A DNA stretch of 64,000 nucleotides, taken from NCBI GenBank assembly GCA_964016885.1, contig OZ024741.1, positions 79,732,001 through 79,796,000 of the forward strand, written 5' to 3'. Within the stretch, counting starts at the first letter, position 1. Every line of letters begins with the position of its first letter. Made by a program: the position numbers and the translations under genes. The notes below the pieces were generated by a model that was given only the letters and a program-made list of their open reading frames with translations, was not told the DNA's origin and searched no databases. This document shows positions 25,381-38,529 of the stretch, piece by piece. The stretch is from Eledone cirrhosa. Its lineage: Eukaryota.

Positions 25381-26028
25381 TTGGTGCTCTGAAATAGGAA
25401 TGTATATATGAATGTATGTATAGTATATTTGACAATATACCGTATGTTTAATTAAAACATTTAGAAGATCATACGCTATCAGTTTTAAAGTACTGACTAT
25501 GTCACTTACTTCTTTTCGGCGAACGAAAGGAGAGATGCTGACAGTCTGTTTCACGCTGGTTGGCGTTCATTAGAGCCACGCACTCCCCTGCTTCCGCCGA
25601 AAATTGTATAATCAGCTCCTGATTATTAACCAGCGTGAAACTGACTGTCAGCTTCTCTCCCTTCTTTCGCCGAAAAGATGTAAGTGACATAGTCACTACT
25701 TCAAAACTGATAGCGTATGGTCTTCTAAGTGTTTTTAATTAAACATACGGTATATTGCCAAATATACTATACATACATTCATGTATACATCGCTATTTCA
25801 GAGCATCAATCCTAATGCCTAATTTTTGCTGGACCGGCAATCGCTCTGTATAATCAGCTCCTGATTATTACTGGAATTCTATAAGAATCCAGCTTCTATA
25901 ATTTTCGGCGGAAGCAGGGGAGTGCGTAGCTCTGATGAACGCCAACCAGCGTGAAACAGACTGTCAGCTTCTCTCCCTTCTTTCGCCGAAAAGAAGTAAG
26001 TGACATAGTCACTACTTTAAAACTGATA
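25375..26028. mobile_element. Non-coding hammerhead-bearing repeat in inverted/tandem arrangement (PLE pLTR- or retrozyme-like)
   Basis: 25375-25560 is inverted relative to 25628-25815, with a third copy at 25900-26028. Adjacent to (TA)n. Confidence 0.7.
25902..25991 (+). ncRNA. Type I hammerhead ribozyme, canonical core
   Basis: AGCT-CTGATGA-ACGC(CAACCA)GCGT-GAAA-CA(GAC)TG-TC-AGCT, with stem I extended by GGGAG/CTCCC and TTTTCGGCG/CGCCGAAAA. Confidence 0.85.
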
Positions 26029-26191
26029 ATGCACATCTTTCTTTTATTTATTTATTTATTTATTTTTGTCTCCGTCTCTGCGCATGCGTTTGTGTGTCTG
26101 TATAATGTTTGGTGTGTGTGTTCTGTTATGACTCTCCCCAAATACAACAATATTTGTTTCGACACACGATTTCATACCAAAAACCTCGCAA

Positions 26192-26223
<32 letters not shown>

Positions 26224-26527
26224 CTTAGCTATCTACCTATCCCTCTTCCAACCTCTTTACTTTCCTATTTAGTTATCTATTTATTTGCCTGTCTATTTGG
26301 TTCTCTACTTAACAGTCATTCTCTCTAACTATCTATACATACATGCATGCATACATAAATGCATACGTACATACATACATGTCTTACTTTTGGTTGGAAG
26401 AGCTGTGTATATTTTGACCGATCACCTGCTTCTTGACAAGTTCGTAAACAAAAGAAAGATATTAAAATAAAAATCGAATTAATTTACAAAGCTTTTCACC
26501 ATCCGTTGCACAACAATTCATATTTCA

Positions 26528-26758
26528 ATGTATGTATGTATGTATGTATGTATGTATGTATGTATGTATGTATGTATGTATGTATGTATGTATGTAGGTA
26601 TGTGTGTGTGTATGTATGTGTGTATGTATGTATGTATGTATGTATGTATGTATGTATGTATGTATGTATGTATGTAGGTATGTGTGTGTGTATGTATGTA
26701 TGTATGTATGTATGTATGTATGTATGTATGTATGTATGTATGTACGTATGCATGTATG
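26528..26758. repeat. (ATGT)n microsatellite
   Basis: Direct reading. Confidence 0.97.
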
Positions 26759-26759
26759 T

Positions 26760-28200
26760 GCCAGATGGCTCTCGAGTGCTACTGGTAACATGAAACGAAG
26801 TACAACTTGTTGCATAGTCAGGTTACCGGCGACTATACTGGTAACCCGATCAATCTAGCTTAGCAAGACAGGACAAACAAAACCTATCAAAAGACGGAGG
26901 AACTGCTAAGAGTAAACGGTCATCCAAAAGTTTACTAAGAGAGAGAAACACTGGAAAAAAAACAATTAATTTGCGCCGTCGACTTTTCCTGCTGGCTTTG
27001 TCTGAAAATTGAGCGTGGGTCTGTGCAAGCCACATCCATTATAACCACATTCACGCACAGGAACCTCTTAGACCCTGAACGGATAACAGACAATGTTTCA
27101 TTCAAAAGACCTGCAGTATGTAGTAGCAAACCCATATGTAAGCGACTTGGAATATTAGTCGTTTTGTTTCCAAACCTGGTATGATTCGGCAGCACCACAA
27201 GTGACTGAGCACCCCTTTCTAGAGATAGCACTACTTATCTGCTAGCCAAGTGGGGCCTAGAAAATGTGGTTTAAACAAAGCTTGCCCATATCTAAGATGG
27301 CCAGCAACCCGTGACGGGCGGCTGTACACTTGTACGGGAAAAATACTTGTAATGAAAATTAAATGACTAATAAGACAAACAATGGACAGAATACATTTTC
27401 GCTGTCATCTTTGAAAAATGTGCCCTGGAACCTGGGCTTGCTATTGGATTTACCAGGCTCAAGTCATCCTGTATGTCGAACTGTTCTTCTGGATATTGTT
27501 CCTCTCTCTGAATCGCGGCTACCTGAGGATAGCCAGCGAAAGGAACCTGGCTCAAGATACACCTTATTGTACAAATGTTAGCCAGAAAACAAACGCCGTT
27601 AAGTCGGAGTTGGGTTTTGCTGTAAGAACCTCCCTGATGCAACATCTGACGGAGCCTCTGCATGATATCTCCGATCGGATTATGACACTTAGGTTGCCGC
27701 TCCACTTTAATCGTTTTATGACTTTGGTCAGTGTGTATGCTCCAACTCTTTTAAGTCTCAAAGAAGAAATAGATACATTTTACAGGGATCTACAAATAGT
27801 CTTGAAAAATGTAAATAGGAACAACAAACTTATAGTGTTGGGTGATTTGAATAGCCGTGTTGGATGTGACTCTACTACATGGAGTAGCATAGGTCGTCAT
27901 GGAATGGGAAAGTGTAATAGCAATGAACTTCTCCTGTTGCTTATGTGCCAGGAATTTGATATTGTCAAAGGAAACACATGGTTCAGACAGGAAAACAAGT
28001 ACAAGGGGACCTAGATGTACTCACGTTTACGTCACTGGCACATTATTGACTATGTAATTGTAAGACGAAAGGATTAGAGGGATGTCAGATCTATCCGTTG
28101 TATGGGAGAGGTAGATTGTTAGACGGACCGCCGTGGTCGTGTTCGGAAGAAGGTGAGACATGGTGGTGTCAAGGTGCAGAGACGTATCAAAATTCTCACA
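26760..28200 (+). mobile_element. 5' part of a degenerate RTE (BovB-like) LINE: 5' UTR + APE domain
   Basis: ORF 27418-28014: GFAVRTSL, ISDRIMTLRLPL, VSVYAPTL, VLGDLNSRVG, GKCNSN, NTWF; then WHIIDYVIVR. Confidence 0.8.
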
Positions 28201-28859
28201 ATTTACCTGCCTAGAAAATCGAAAGAATTTTCAAGAAACAGCAACAGTGTTGATGCATGTCTGTCCTTTAGTAAACAACATTATGAGGCAGTAGTCACGA
28301 CTGAATGGGTTAATGTAGTCTTTGGTACACTGTCAGAATAAGAGACTGAATAGTGATGACTGGAACGTCTTTGTTTATTGATATGCTCAATGCTTGCTGA
28401 ACTGGGATGAAATAACAACTTCCAGGTCATTTACTCTCCAGGTGTTTCAGCCCCCCCCCCTAACCCACCCATGTCTTCTATTCACAAAGAATTCCCACTT
28501 CCAGGACTTCTTACTTTCGAGTATTCCTGCCTCCAGAGATTTCAGACTTCAATTTTTTTCACCTCCAATACTAACTGTTATAAGGGAAAAACTATTAATA
28601 TTTATTGTATAGAAAAAATAGCTGTACTAAGACAATATGTGAGGAATTACAAGTCATTGGAGATTCTGTTAAAGATTGTTCGATGATTTAATAAAGACGA
28701 TAACAGAAACGACAGAAAACACAAAGATCATTATACATTAAACATGTGTTATGATTTACAAAAAAAAAAGCAAATTAACTGGGAAAAGCAGGATTAAGAG
28801 AACAAGAAAAGAAACATATTCTTTGGAATTGTTGAATAAAATGGCTTACAAATGAAGCA

Positions 28860-30869
28860 AGGAAGACAGATAATGGAATAAATTTGAGCAAATTGGATTA
28901 GTTTTTATGTACTGAACTCAATGCTAAAAGCAAAATGATTACCATAAACATAGTAGTTGGAGCAAACGCAATTTCAATGTATAATAAAGGAAATTACAAG
29001 ATTCAGAATTCACCGAAGAAAAATCTGCTATTAACAGAATACATCTATTCTGCAATCGTGTGTTATTCAAATGTTATACAAATAGAAACATCAAAAGTTT
29101 TTAGAAAATCAAATCGCATAATACAGTCGTTGGAAATAGGATATAATGAACCACAGCAATAAGATAAAACCCACCATTCTCTGTCTTTTGGAAAGTTTAT
29201 TGTGTTGCAGGTATCTAGATGAAAGAGTATCTATATAATGCAACACATGTCATATGTCATAGTCAGTTTTGATTTGCAAACATATTTAGCATTGAAGTAA
29301 AGACTGTTTGGGTTGAAACCTAAGTTATTGAGAACGCGTGGCTATCAAGTGATGTCGATTCTCTTTAGACTATCCTCAACGCCCATTATAGTTCAATCTC
29401 TTCCTCTCATTCATTTTCTCTATACTTCTGTCTCTCTGTCAGACTCTTTCTTTCTCCCTCAATTTATTTCATTTTCTGCGAATCTGACGAATATATTTTG
29501 TTATAATAGTATGTGGTCGCTGAATCTGTTAGAAAAATACCCTCCAGCTAAATCTTTCCCAAATCACACCAGAGATACATTGAATAAGGTGGTCTTGGAT
29601 ACACTATTTATAGAAAATGACATCATGTCTGAAACGACTTTTTCAGATGTCTGTTTGATCAAATTCTTTATGGAGTTAAATGACAAGAATAACATTTTAT
29701 AGATATTCTGTGGTTTACTGAATATGTGTTGTGTTACATTGACAAAAAGCGATCGAAGTGCAACACCCAGCTTGTGAAAATCAATTTTCTGTAAAGAAAC
29801 ACATTTTTACATTCTATGAAGATTGTTTTGGATTAAATACAGATAAAAGAGTGTGTAGATCAGTAATTCGATTGTCGAATTTCTTTGATTATTCTGAGAT
29901 CCTACTCTGACCAAGAATGGTTTTCATATCCAAAACTTAAAATCTTTTGTTATTACTGTTGTTTTTATTGTTGTTGTGTTTGTTGTTGGTCAGCTCTTAT
30001 TAAGTAGTCCTGGAATGAAAGGCAGTTCAACTATGACCATTCTGTCTTTTTAGAACTATCTAGGACTACATTATCTAATGTGTTCTCTCGTTATTTAAGA
30101 CGGTGGGATATAATTTAAGGTAGATTTGGCTGCTATTTTCTAGTTGTTCGAACAACCATGTAGAGACTGTCTAGTTTACTAATCTGCAATGAATTGTTGC
30201 TGCTGCTGTTGTTGTTGTTGTTATTGTTTTTAGCACCAAAACACCTTGTTTGCACAAACCTGTGAAAAAGGAATTCCAGCATACCAGCCATGACTCCTCC
30301 CATTCCCACCATTACTGTTAAAGAATAAAGGATAAAGATAACCTAACTCCTTGTGGAGTCGTAGAGGCACCGTCAAACCGTGTGTCTAGGGCACTTTGGC
30401 GGAGCCCAACCCTCTCCAGGTCTGAACACAGCCGAGTTTTTCTATAGAGGAAGAATCGACCCCAATACTGGACCGGTACTTTTTTAGCCACCTCGAAAGG
30501 ATGAAAAGCAAAGTTGATCCCGGCGGGATTTGAACTCAGAGCGTGCAATGGGGTGGGACGAATACCGTAAAGAATTCTATCCGACGTCTTAACGACTCTG
30601 CCAATTCGCCGCCTGCCATTACTGTTACGACATAGTATATCCCAGATTGCATTAACTGATGAATATATTTTTCTTTTTTAAGATGGTAAGTGTTGTTGAT
30701 TTGAGAAATATTTGGCTGTTACTTTTAGCAGGTCTAAATCCTTACAGGATTTCTTACTCGCCCATTTGTCATGAGTCACATTACATGTTAAATATCTCCC
30801 TGAATATTCATATTGAAATTACTCTTTTAGTTACAAATGTGTTGGAATTCATTTCCTGCAGAGAATTAC

Positions 30870-30927
<58 letters not shown>

Positions 30928-31290
30928 AAACTCACCCACACAAACACACGAACTGACACAATAAAGGAAGAAACGACAGATGATAAAATAAATTCGAGCA
31001 AATTCAATTGGTTTTTATGTACTGAATTCAAGGCAAAAGATGATTACCATAAAGATAGTAGTTGGTGCAAACACAAAGTCAATGTGTAATAAAGGAAATT
31101 ACAACAAGATTCAGAATTCGCCCAACAAAATCTGCTACCAAAATATATCCATTGTGCAAGAGTTAAAATATTTAAGTTATTCAAATGTTATCCACGTAGG
31201 AATATTATACAATGCTCAGGGCAGAAATAAAAGAGATTTTAGAAAATCGATTGACAAAATATAGTTGTTAAATAAAGAATAATATACCAC
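28860..31290. repeat. Diverged ~300-bp direct repeat (about 28860-29160 and 30975-31290)
   Basis: Shared GTTTTTATGTACTGAA...ATGATTACCATAAA.ATAGTAGTTGG.GCAAAC...AATAAAGGAAATTACAA. Confidence 0.75.
30321..30615 (-). mobile_element. tRNA-derived SINE with a 12-bp target site duplication
   Basis: A box TGGCAGAGTCGTT and B box GAGTTCAAATCCC. CCATTACTGTTA is repeated at 30309-30320 and 30616-30627. Confidence 0.85.
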
Positions 31291-31610
31291 AGCTGTCCAG
31301 AAAAAAGCCACTATCATCTGTTTTTATAAGATAAATACAGTATGCGATGTAGTGTACCACATTTTTATGCGATGAACAAAGTTGTAATTCTGGATAATAG
31401 ACTTACTTCGTCGCCCAGTTTATCACTGCTATCTAGTCATTGAATATCATTACTGGAGTTCATTTTGTTGCAAGTATTCAGGTCATGTCTCTAGGATGAG
31501 GATAAATTCCCCCATTCCTTCTGCCAAATTCATAAGCCTTGTGAAAAATTAAAGGTCATCGGTATCCGTCATTATTCCCTGACTAAGTCAAATTCTATGA
31601 TTTATAATTT

Positions 31611-31710
<100 letters not shown>

Positions 31711-31983
31711 TGTGTACATACATGCATAAATTCTGGATGCAATAATTGCTTGTACACATGTACAGATACAAAGCATATGCACATGCACACATATAACTCA
31801 AAACATCCACATCCACACATACAATAACATCCATATCTGCACACACACGAGCGCATGCAGACATACATACATATATATCTAGCTGGTGTTGTATAAATTC
31901 GAATGAGAGGGTCTTGTATCTATGTTAGAACCCGACTCTCTCAATTGGTAAACATTTATAAAACTAGAATATACATACATACA

Positions 31984-32385
31984 TGGTGGCTGCCAACTCG
32001 TTTTCGAGTACGGCCACTACTTTATATCCATGTAGGAGAACCCCTACCGATGCGCTGAACGATTGTGGCTTTTTAGTCCAACCAACGACTTGAAAACTCT
32101 GCTACAAACACGACACTTGTGACAATTATTGACACGTAGTGCTGGGCCCATGGTACCATGTGACCCGAGGTGTCTTGTGAGATCACTACTCGACCTGCAT
32201 ACCCTTCCGCAAACATTACATGTCGTCGTCTGATGAACACTTATAGCTCCACATGTGCCTGCTTCCCTGTTCTTGTGCACTCTCAGGTGACTCTTTAGAC
32301 CTGGCATGCTCAGACAAACCCTATTACAGGTCTCACATGTCAGGTCAGGCCGTCTGTCAGTGCCTTCGGGAAGGCCAACATGGAT
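31984..32385 (-). mobile_element. 5'-truncated RTE-type LINE 3' end with three C2H2 fingers, flanked by (ATGT)n
   Basis: CETCNRVCLSMPGLKSHLRVH, CNVCGRVCRSSSDLTRHLGSH and CRVCSRVFKSLVGLKSHNRSAH. A short 3' UTR hairpin CTCG(AAAA)CGAG precedes the ATGT tail. Confidence 0.7.
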
Positions 32386-32475
32386 TCATACATACATACA
32401 TACGTACATACATACATACATACATACATACATACATACATACATACATACATACATACATACATACATACATAC

Positions 32476-34170
32476 GTTCTCTCACTAAATCCACTATCTT
32501 ACCTACTCAGGAAACAAGGTGGACAAAGAAGTGGGTCCAGAAGTATCTCCCATCTTTTCTTTGTTGATGACCTGAAGTTGTATGGGCCAAATATCAATAA
32601 CATCAAGAAACAATTGGACCTCATTACACAATTTTCAATAGACATCAAAATGAAATTTGGGTGAGTCCAAGTGTGCATATTTGGCAGTAAAACGTGGAAG
32701 AGCTATGCCCTCCTCTAGAAATCTAGAGATGAACGGCCTGACAATACAACCTCTACAGTCAGGTGACAAATACAGATATCTTGGACAGGATGAGAATGTC
32801 AGATATGATGGACCCATAAATAAAGAGAGAACCAGAACTGAATACCTCAGAAGAGTAAAGAAAATATGGTCATCAGAACTGTCAGCGTACAACAAGTACA
32901 TTGCCTACAATACTTATGCTGTGCCAATTCGAACGCCAACATTTGGTCTGCTGAACTGGTCATTGCAAGAACTAAGTGAGATGGATGTTAAAACTCGCAA
33001 ATTTCTCAGTGTTACTGGGAACTTTAACATCAATGGTGATTTGGATAGGCTATACTTCTCACGTAAGGAAGGTGGCCGGGGTCTAAAATCCATATTAACA
33101 TCATATGAGACCCGGATAGTAACACTGAAGCAACATCTTCAACAGAGGAAAAAGGTTGGCAACCATCTTGCCCAGGTTTATGAGCATGAAGAAAAAAATA
33201 TCATTAGGATAGCCACTGATCTGGAGGAGAGATATGGAATAAAGCCTGATATAAATCTCTCACCCAGAGAAATCGGAGGATCCTATTCAATGTTCAAACA
33301 AGATGAAAAAATTGACCAATTTACAGAAAAACTTGTGCATGGATACTTGAGATGTAAAACACAGACCATAGAGGGGATAAACCACTCAAAAAGCCTGGCA
33401 TGGAGTTCCGACAAGTTTATGACATCACACCTTGAGGGATATCTCTATGCAATACAGGAACAAGAACTCCCTACCAAATATCTGCTGCACAAAAGAGGAG
33501 GGCCAGCAGCTGACAATAAATGCAGGCTATGTAAAACAAAGATAGAAGATGTAAGCTACATTGTTGCCAGCTGCGAAAGAATGTCATCTCGCTACTACCT
33601 CCCCACGAGACACGATGGAATAGCTAGAACCATCTGGAACGCAATTCGGAAAACTAAATTAAAAACAAACGAGGAGAATATATTGAGACAGATAGCACTA
33701 AGGAATACTGGTGGAACCTGAAAATAAAAACTGCCACCAAATTAAAACACAACTGACCTGATATTGTTGTTTGGGACCACACATTGAAAACGTGTTCTGT
33801 TGTGGAGATCAGCTGCCCACTTGATGTAAACGTTGTCAGAAAAATACAGGAGAAGGAGGATATCTATGGACCATTGATGAGGTGTTTGCAGATCCAGTAT
33901 CCAAGATACACCTTTAGCTTCATACCCATCATTATTGGAGCTACGGGTTATATACCAACCCGCTTGGACCAATGTATAACTGAACTTGGATTTGCGGACA
34001 AAGAGCGCAGCTCCCTAATTCATAGTCTACAAATGGCTCCGATAGCTGGCACCTTCAAAGTTTGCAAAACATTTTTGCGATTCAAGGGATGACAATTTCT
34101 TTTCTTTTACAAACTTGCCACCAGGAAGGTGGCCGGTCAAAAATATACTCGAAATTAAGAGAAAGAGATA
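32476..34170 (+). mobile_element. 5'-truncated R4/Dong-like RLE LINE in (ATAC)n
   Basis: ISHLFFVDDLKLY, FGESKCAYL, RLYFSRKEGGRGL, CRLC...YIVASC, HN*PDIVVWD and VEISCPLD. (ATAC)n at 32388-32475 and 34171-34227. Confidence 0.88.
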
Positions 34171-34226
34171 ACATACATACATACATACATACATACATAC
34201 ATACATACATACATACATACATACAT

Positions 34227-34440
34227 ACATACATACATACATACATAAAATACAGGAGAAGGAGGATATTTACGGACCATTGATGAGGAGTTTGCAGATC
34301 CAATATCCAAGATACACCTTCAGCTTCATGCCCATTATTATTGGAGCTACAGGTTATATACAAACCCGCTTGGACCAAAGTACGACTGAACCAGGAAGAT
34401 GGCCGGTCAAACATGTACTCGAAATGAAGAGAAAGAGAAA
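34227..34440 (+). mobile_element. Short internally deleted copy of the same R4-like 3' end
   Basis: Matches 33841-33985 joined to 34120-34165. Confidence 0.8.
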
Positions 34441-34444
34441 ATAT

Positions 34445-35096
34445 ATACATATTTACACATTTTTGGATAGCCGTTGACTCTTATGAGTTCTTCCACCCTT
34501 TGTCCGGTTTTGTTTTTTGTCCTGCAGGGTGTCCAAAATCACCCTCCTCACCAAGTAAACTTGGTGGGGTTGCCGGTTTAGTTGCCGCCGACCTGACCAT
34601 GCGACAGGTTGTACTGGGTTACATGTTACCAGTAGCACTCAGGAGTGACCCGATATAGCATACATGCATATATGATGATGGCTGCCTCCTCGTTATCGAG
34701 TATGGCCATTGCACAATATGCCATTATTAATAATTATTAATTAATTCTATCGTGCAATCCCTGTCCGTGAAGATATTTTTTAAAGTGAGGAAAGACTGTG
34801 CACTGAGCCAATCCCACTCTCTGAGCGACAGTAGCTGCAACCCGAAAAGAAGAAAAGATCAACATCATCGGTAACTACTGAGCCACAGGTTTTATATCGG
34901 AGTTATCCCAGTTTCCTGAGTTGCCTTCTCCTAGAAGAATGCCCTGACAAAGGCTAGGGGTCCTTCACTCCCAGTGGTTTAACCGCGCGGTACATATGTA
35001 TATACATATTTACACACTTTTAGATGGCCGTTGACTCTTATGAGTTCTTCCGCCTTTTGTCAGGTTTTGTATTTTGTCCTGCAGGGTGTCCAAAAT
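34445..35096 (-). mobile_element. Two tandem partial copies of a non-autonomous RTE-derived element
   Basis: 34450-34650 is homologous to the RTE 5' end at 26772-26930 and to 35010-35096. 34675-34710 is homologous to the RTE 3' end at 31984-32016. Confidence 0.65.
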
Positions 35097-36208
35097 CATA
35101 GCCTGTGTCTCTGTAATGGATATGTACTATACATGTTTTTCTCTCGTAAGTATATGCATTCCCATGAAAATAATTACTAACTATATTTTTATATAATATT
35201 AACGAAGACATTATGCTTGTTGTTATTTTGAAGTTTTCTCTATTTCTAGTACGGCTGTCTACCTCGTAGGACAAGTAAATGCATACTTCCAGCCAACATT
35301 TGTGTTTGTTGACTGGAACAAAAACACATGCATGAAATCACTGGAAATAATAATACAGGTGATATAATGCTTGGTGGAAAGCCCAGAAAAAGATGGATAA
35401 GAGGAAATAATAATAAATGCAAAATATAATAAGGTTACAAAGGTATCTTTAAATATATACGGTATGAGCAGCGATTTGTGATGGGCATCAGGTCGGTACA
35501 ACCTTGAAGTGAACTACTGTATCTGTATTCGATACTAATTAGATAATTAGTGTCCAGTGTAAGATGGCGGGCCGGACAAAAATCAGTCGAGGGCCGGATG
35601 TGGCCCTCGGGCCGGGGTTTGTCGACCCTTGATGTAAGATGTCGGGAATGCATTGAATTGAAAGTTTATATTGGATATCTGAGAGAGTCAAGGTGTTGTC
35701 GTGAAGACTTGTTGGAGTGCTGCTGAATGTGTGTGCTACAGGTAGTGATGTAGACTGTGTACAGAGTGGGAAAGTGAATTTTTTAGTAAAGTCATGTTAC
35801 ATTCATACACGTTCTAAAGCAGAAATTTAAAATGCTTTGAATGAAAGTAGGCTGAGTGTCCGTCACCACTTAAGCAGAATTGTTCCTTGAGGCCTTCATG
35901 ATGTAGATAGTCACCAAAGAATTGAAATTAAGAAAGCGATTTCTCCAAAGAATTAGTATTTAGTGAGCTAGAACCAAGAAGGAAATAAAACTGGCTTTGA
36001 AATATTTATTGGTAGCCATGGAATACTACGAAGCTATATGACAAACAACAACGTACTAGAAATAGAGAAAACTTCAAAATAACAACAAGCATAATGTCTT
36101 CGTTAATATTATATAAAAATATAGTTAGTAATTATTTTCATGGGAATGCATATACTTACGAGAGAAAAACATGTATAGTACATATCCATTACAGAGACAC
36201 AGGCTATG
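35097..36208. repeat. 157-bp apparently perfect inverted repeat (35097-35253 and 36052-36208)
   Basis: The arms read as exact reverse complements by eye. Confidence 0.9.
35563..35631 (-). mobile_element. Single terminus resembling a hAT-type MITE end
   Basis: CAAGGGTCGACAAAC..CGGCCCGAGGGCCACATCCGGCCC resembles hAT subterminal GGCCC motifs. No partner end was seen. Confidence 0.4.
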
Positions 36209-36616
36209 TATCAGGATATGTTTGTTACAGAAATACGAGATAGTACAAGAATATCCGTGAACGGCTGTCTACCTCGTAGGACAAAATTGACCAGAGAAAA
36301 ATATTAGTCTGCCAGCTGACCATCGTATGTGATTGAGTGGTAATGAGAGACAAAAAGAATACTGTTAGTGTATTTTTATATATTAGGCGGCGAGTCCCAC
36401 CTTACTCCAGTTGCGCCGGGTTCCTTTGCATCGGAAACGATAAATATTATTATGCCGCGAATACGTGCGATACGAAAATAAGCCATAGTTTCATACAATA
36501 AGAAAACTTGCTAAAACATGATTTTGCTACAGATCTATATTTGTCGAACCGCTAAGTCAGGGAACAAAAGGAGACAACATGAAAATAACATCGGTGTAAA
36601 CATAAATACACACACA

Positions 36617-36691
<75 letters not shown>

Positions 36692-36697
36692 GCTCAT

Positions 36698-36731
<34 letters not shown>

Positions 36732-36947
36732 GTATATATGCACACTATTCGGCTACTAAATGCACTCATAATGTATTGGACAACTAAAGGGTATAGCAGA
36801 AAGTACTTACCCATGTGAAGAGAAACCTGAACCCCGAGGTTGCAAATCTCTAACCACATACCCATGTTTGGTTTTTATATTTTTATGAAGCGGTATTTAT
36901 TCCATTCTTTCACAATCTGGGGTCAAATACGTTTTTCATTCTTTCAG

Positions 36948-37148
36948 AGTCAATAAACTAAAATACCAGTTAAGCACTGGGATCGAATTAATCGACTTTT
37001 CCCCATCCCCGACCTTGTGCCTAAAGTAGAAATCATCATCAGGGAATATAAAATAAAGTACCAGTAATGTACTGTGGTACACTTAATCGACTTTCGCCTT
37101 ACCCAAAAGATTGTTGGCATTGTGCCTAAATCAGAAACCATTATTAGT
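36948..37148 (+). mobile_element. Two SINE 3' fragments
   Basis: TACCAGT...ACTG...TTGTGCCTAAA.(T/C)AGAAA occurs twice, as in the SINE at 45103. Confidence 0.65.
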
Positions 37149-37170
37149 ATAGATTTTAGAATATGTACCT

Positions 37171-37214
<44 letters not shown>

Positions 37215-37451
37215 TCTCTCTCACTCTCTCTCACTCTCTCACTCTCTCTCTCTCTCGCTCTCTCTCTCTCTCGCTCTCTCTCTCTCTCTCGCTCTCTCAC
37301 TCTCTCTCTCGCTCTCTCTCTCTCACTCTCTCTCTCTCTCTCCCCACATAAACACACACACCCGCACACATACTTGCATACATGCATACATACATCATAC
37401 ATACATACATACATACATACATACATACACACATATATATATATATATATC

Positions 37452-38529
37452 GTTTCTGAATTTGTTTAGCAAGATTCTTTATCTGAAGTCGTGTGTTGAA
37501 ACCGATATTGTTATACTTCGGGAGGGTCACGTTGCCAATAAGAAACACACGCACCAGTTGCTTTCACTTCAATTTATTATAATAAATTTATAAATTTAGG
37601 AATTTATAAATTTCTGGTTGGTTGGTTGGTTCCACAACCAGATGGTTGTTTATATATTGTCAAAGTTCTTTCGTCACACATTCTGTGACCTCTTCAGTGA
37701 CTGGGGATTCTTTTCTTTGTTTTTGTGCCTCTCCTTTGTTCTGCCCTACGCCATTTTGTTTCTGTGTGTGTGTTGTGTGCTCAGTCTGCGCGTGCGTCAC
37801 ATCCGGGTGTCTGTGTGTGTTTATATTTGTTTATTTATTTGTTTATTTACATGTTACCGGTTGGTTGTTTGTTCTATGTGTGTGTGTGCTTTCATTTTGT
37901 CCTTAATTGTAAGTTGTGATGTTGCTGTTCCACTCATATTTTCTATTTAATTTTGGTTGTAATTCTTTTATGTTTATTGCCTCTGTGATTTGTCTAAACA
38001 TTGCGTCTTTTCTGTGTGTAGATTCTATTTTTATTTCTATGTTCTCTAATTTACCCTTATGTTCTATTTTAACACGTTGGTAGAGTACAGATGATTCTTT
38101 ACTATCTTGAAGGTCTCGCCAGTGTTCATTTATCCGTTCGCCTACACTACGAGCTGTCTCACCTATGTACACTATATTTTTGTCTCTACATTGTCCTTCA
38201 GTACATCTTATGCTATACACTACATTTCTAGTTTTACGGATGTGGCGCATGCGCAGACTGAGCACACAACACACACACAGAAACAAAATGACGTAGAGCA
38301 GAACAAAGGAGAGGCACAAAAACAAAGAAAAGAATCCCCAGTCATTGAAGAGGTCACAGAATGTGTGACGAAAGAACTTTGACAATATATAAACAACTAT
38401 CTGGTTGTGGAACCAACCAACCAACCAGAAATTTATAAATTCCTAAATTTATGAATTTATTATAATAAATTGAAGTGAAAGCAACTGGTGCGTGTGTTTC
38501 TTATTGGCAACATGACCCTCCCAAAGTAT

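Noticed and set aside
26760-26860. HDV-like ribozyme at the RTE 5' end
   Set aside because: Known for some RTEs, but I could only find simple hairpins, not the nested double pseudoknot.
30515-30613. tRNA gene
   Set aside because: Has A/B boxes but no cloverleaf, and continues into a SINE body with TSD.
32044-32307. Host C2H2 zinc-finger gene exon
   Set aside because: No TGEKP linkers, ends in an RTE-type 3' hairpin and ATGT tail, and is truncated at a microsatellite.
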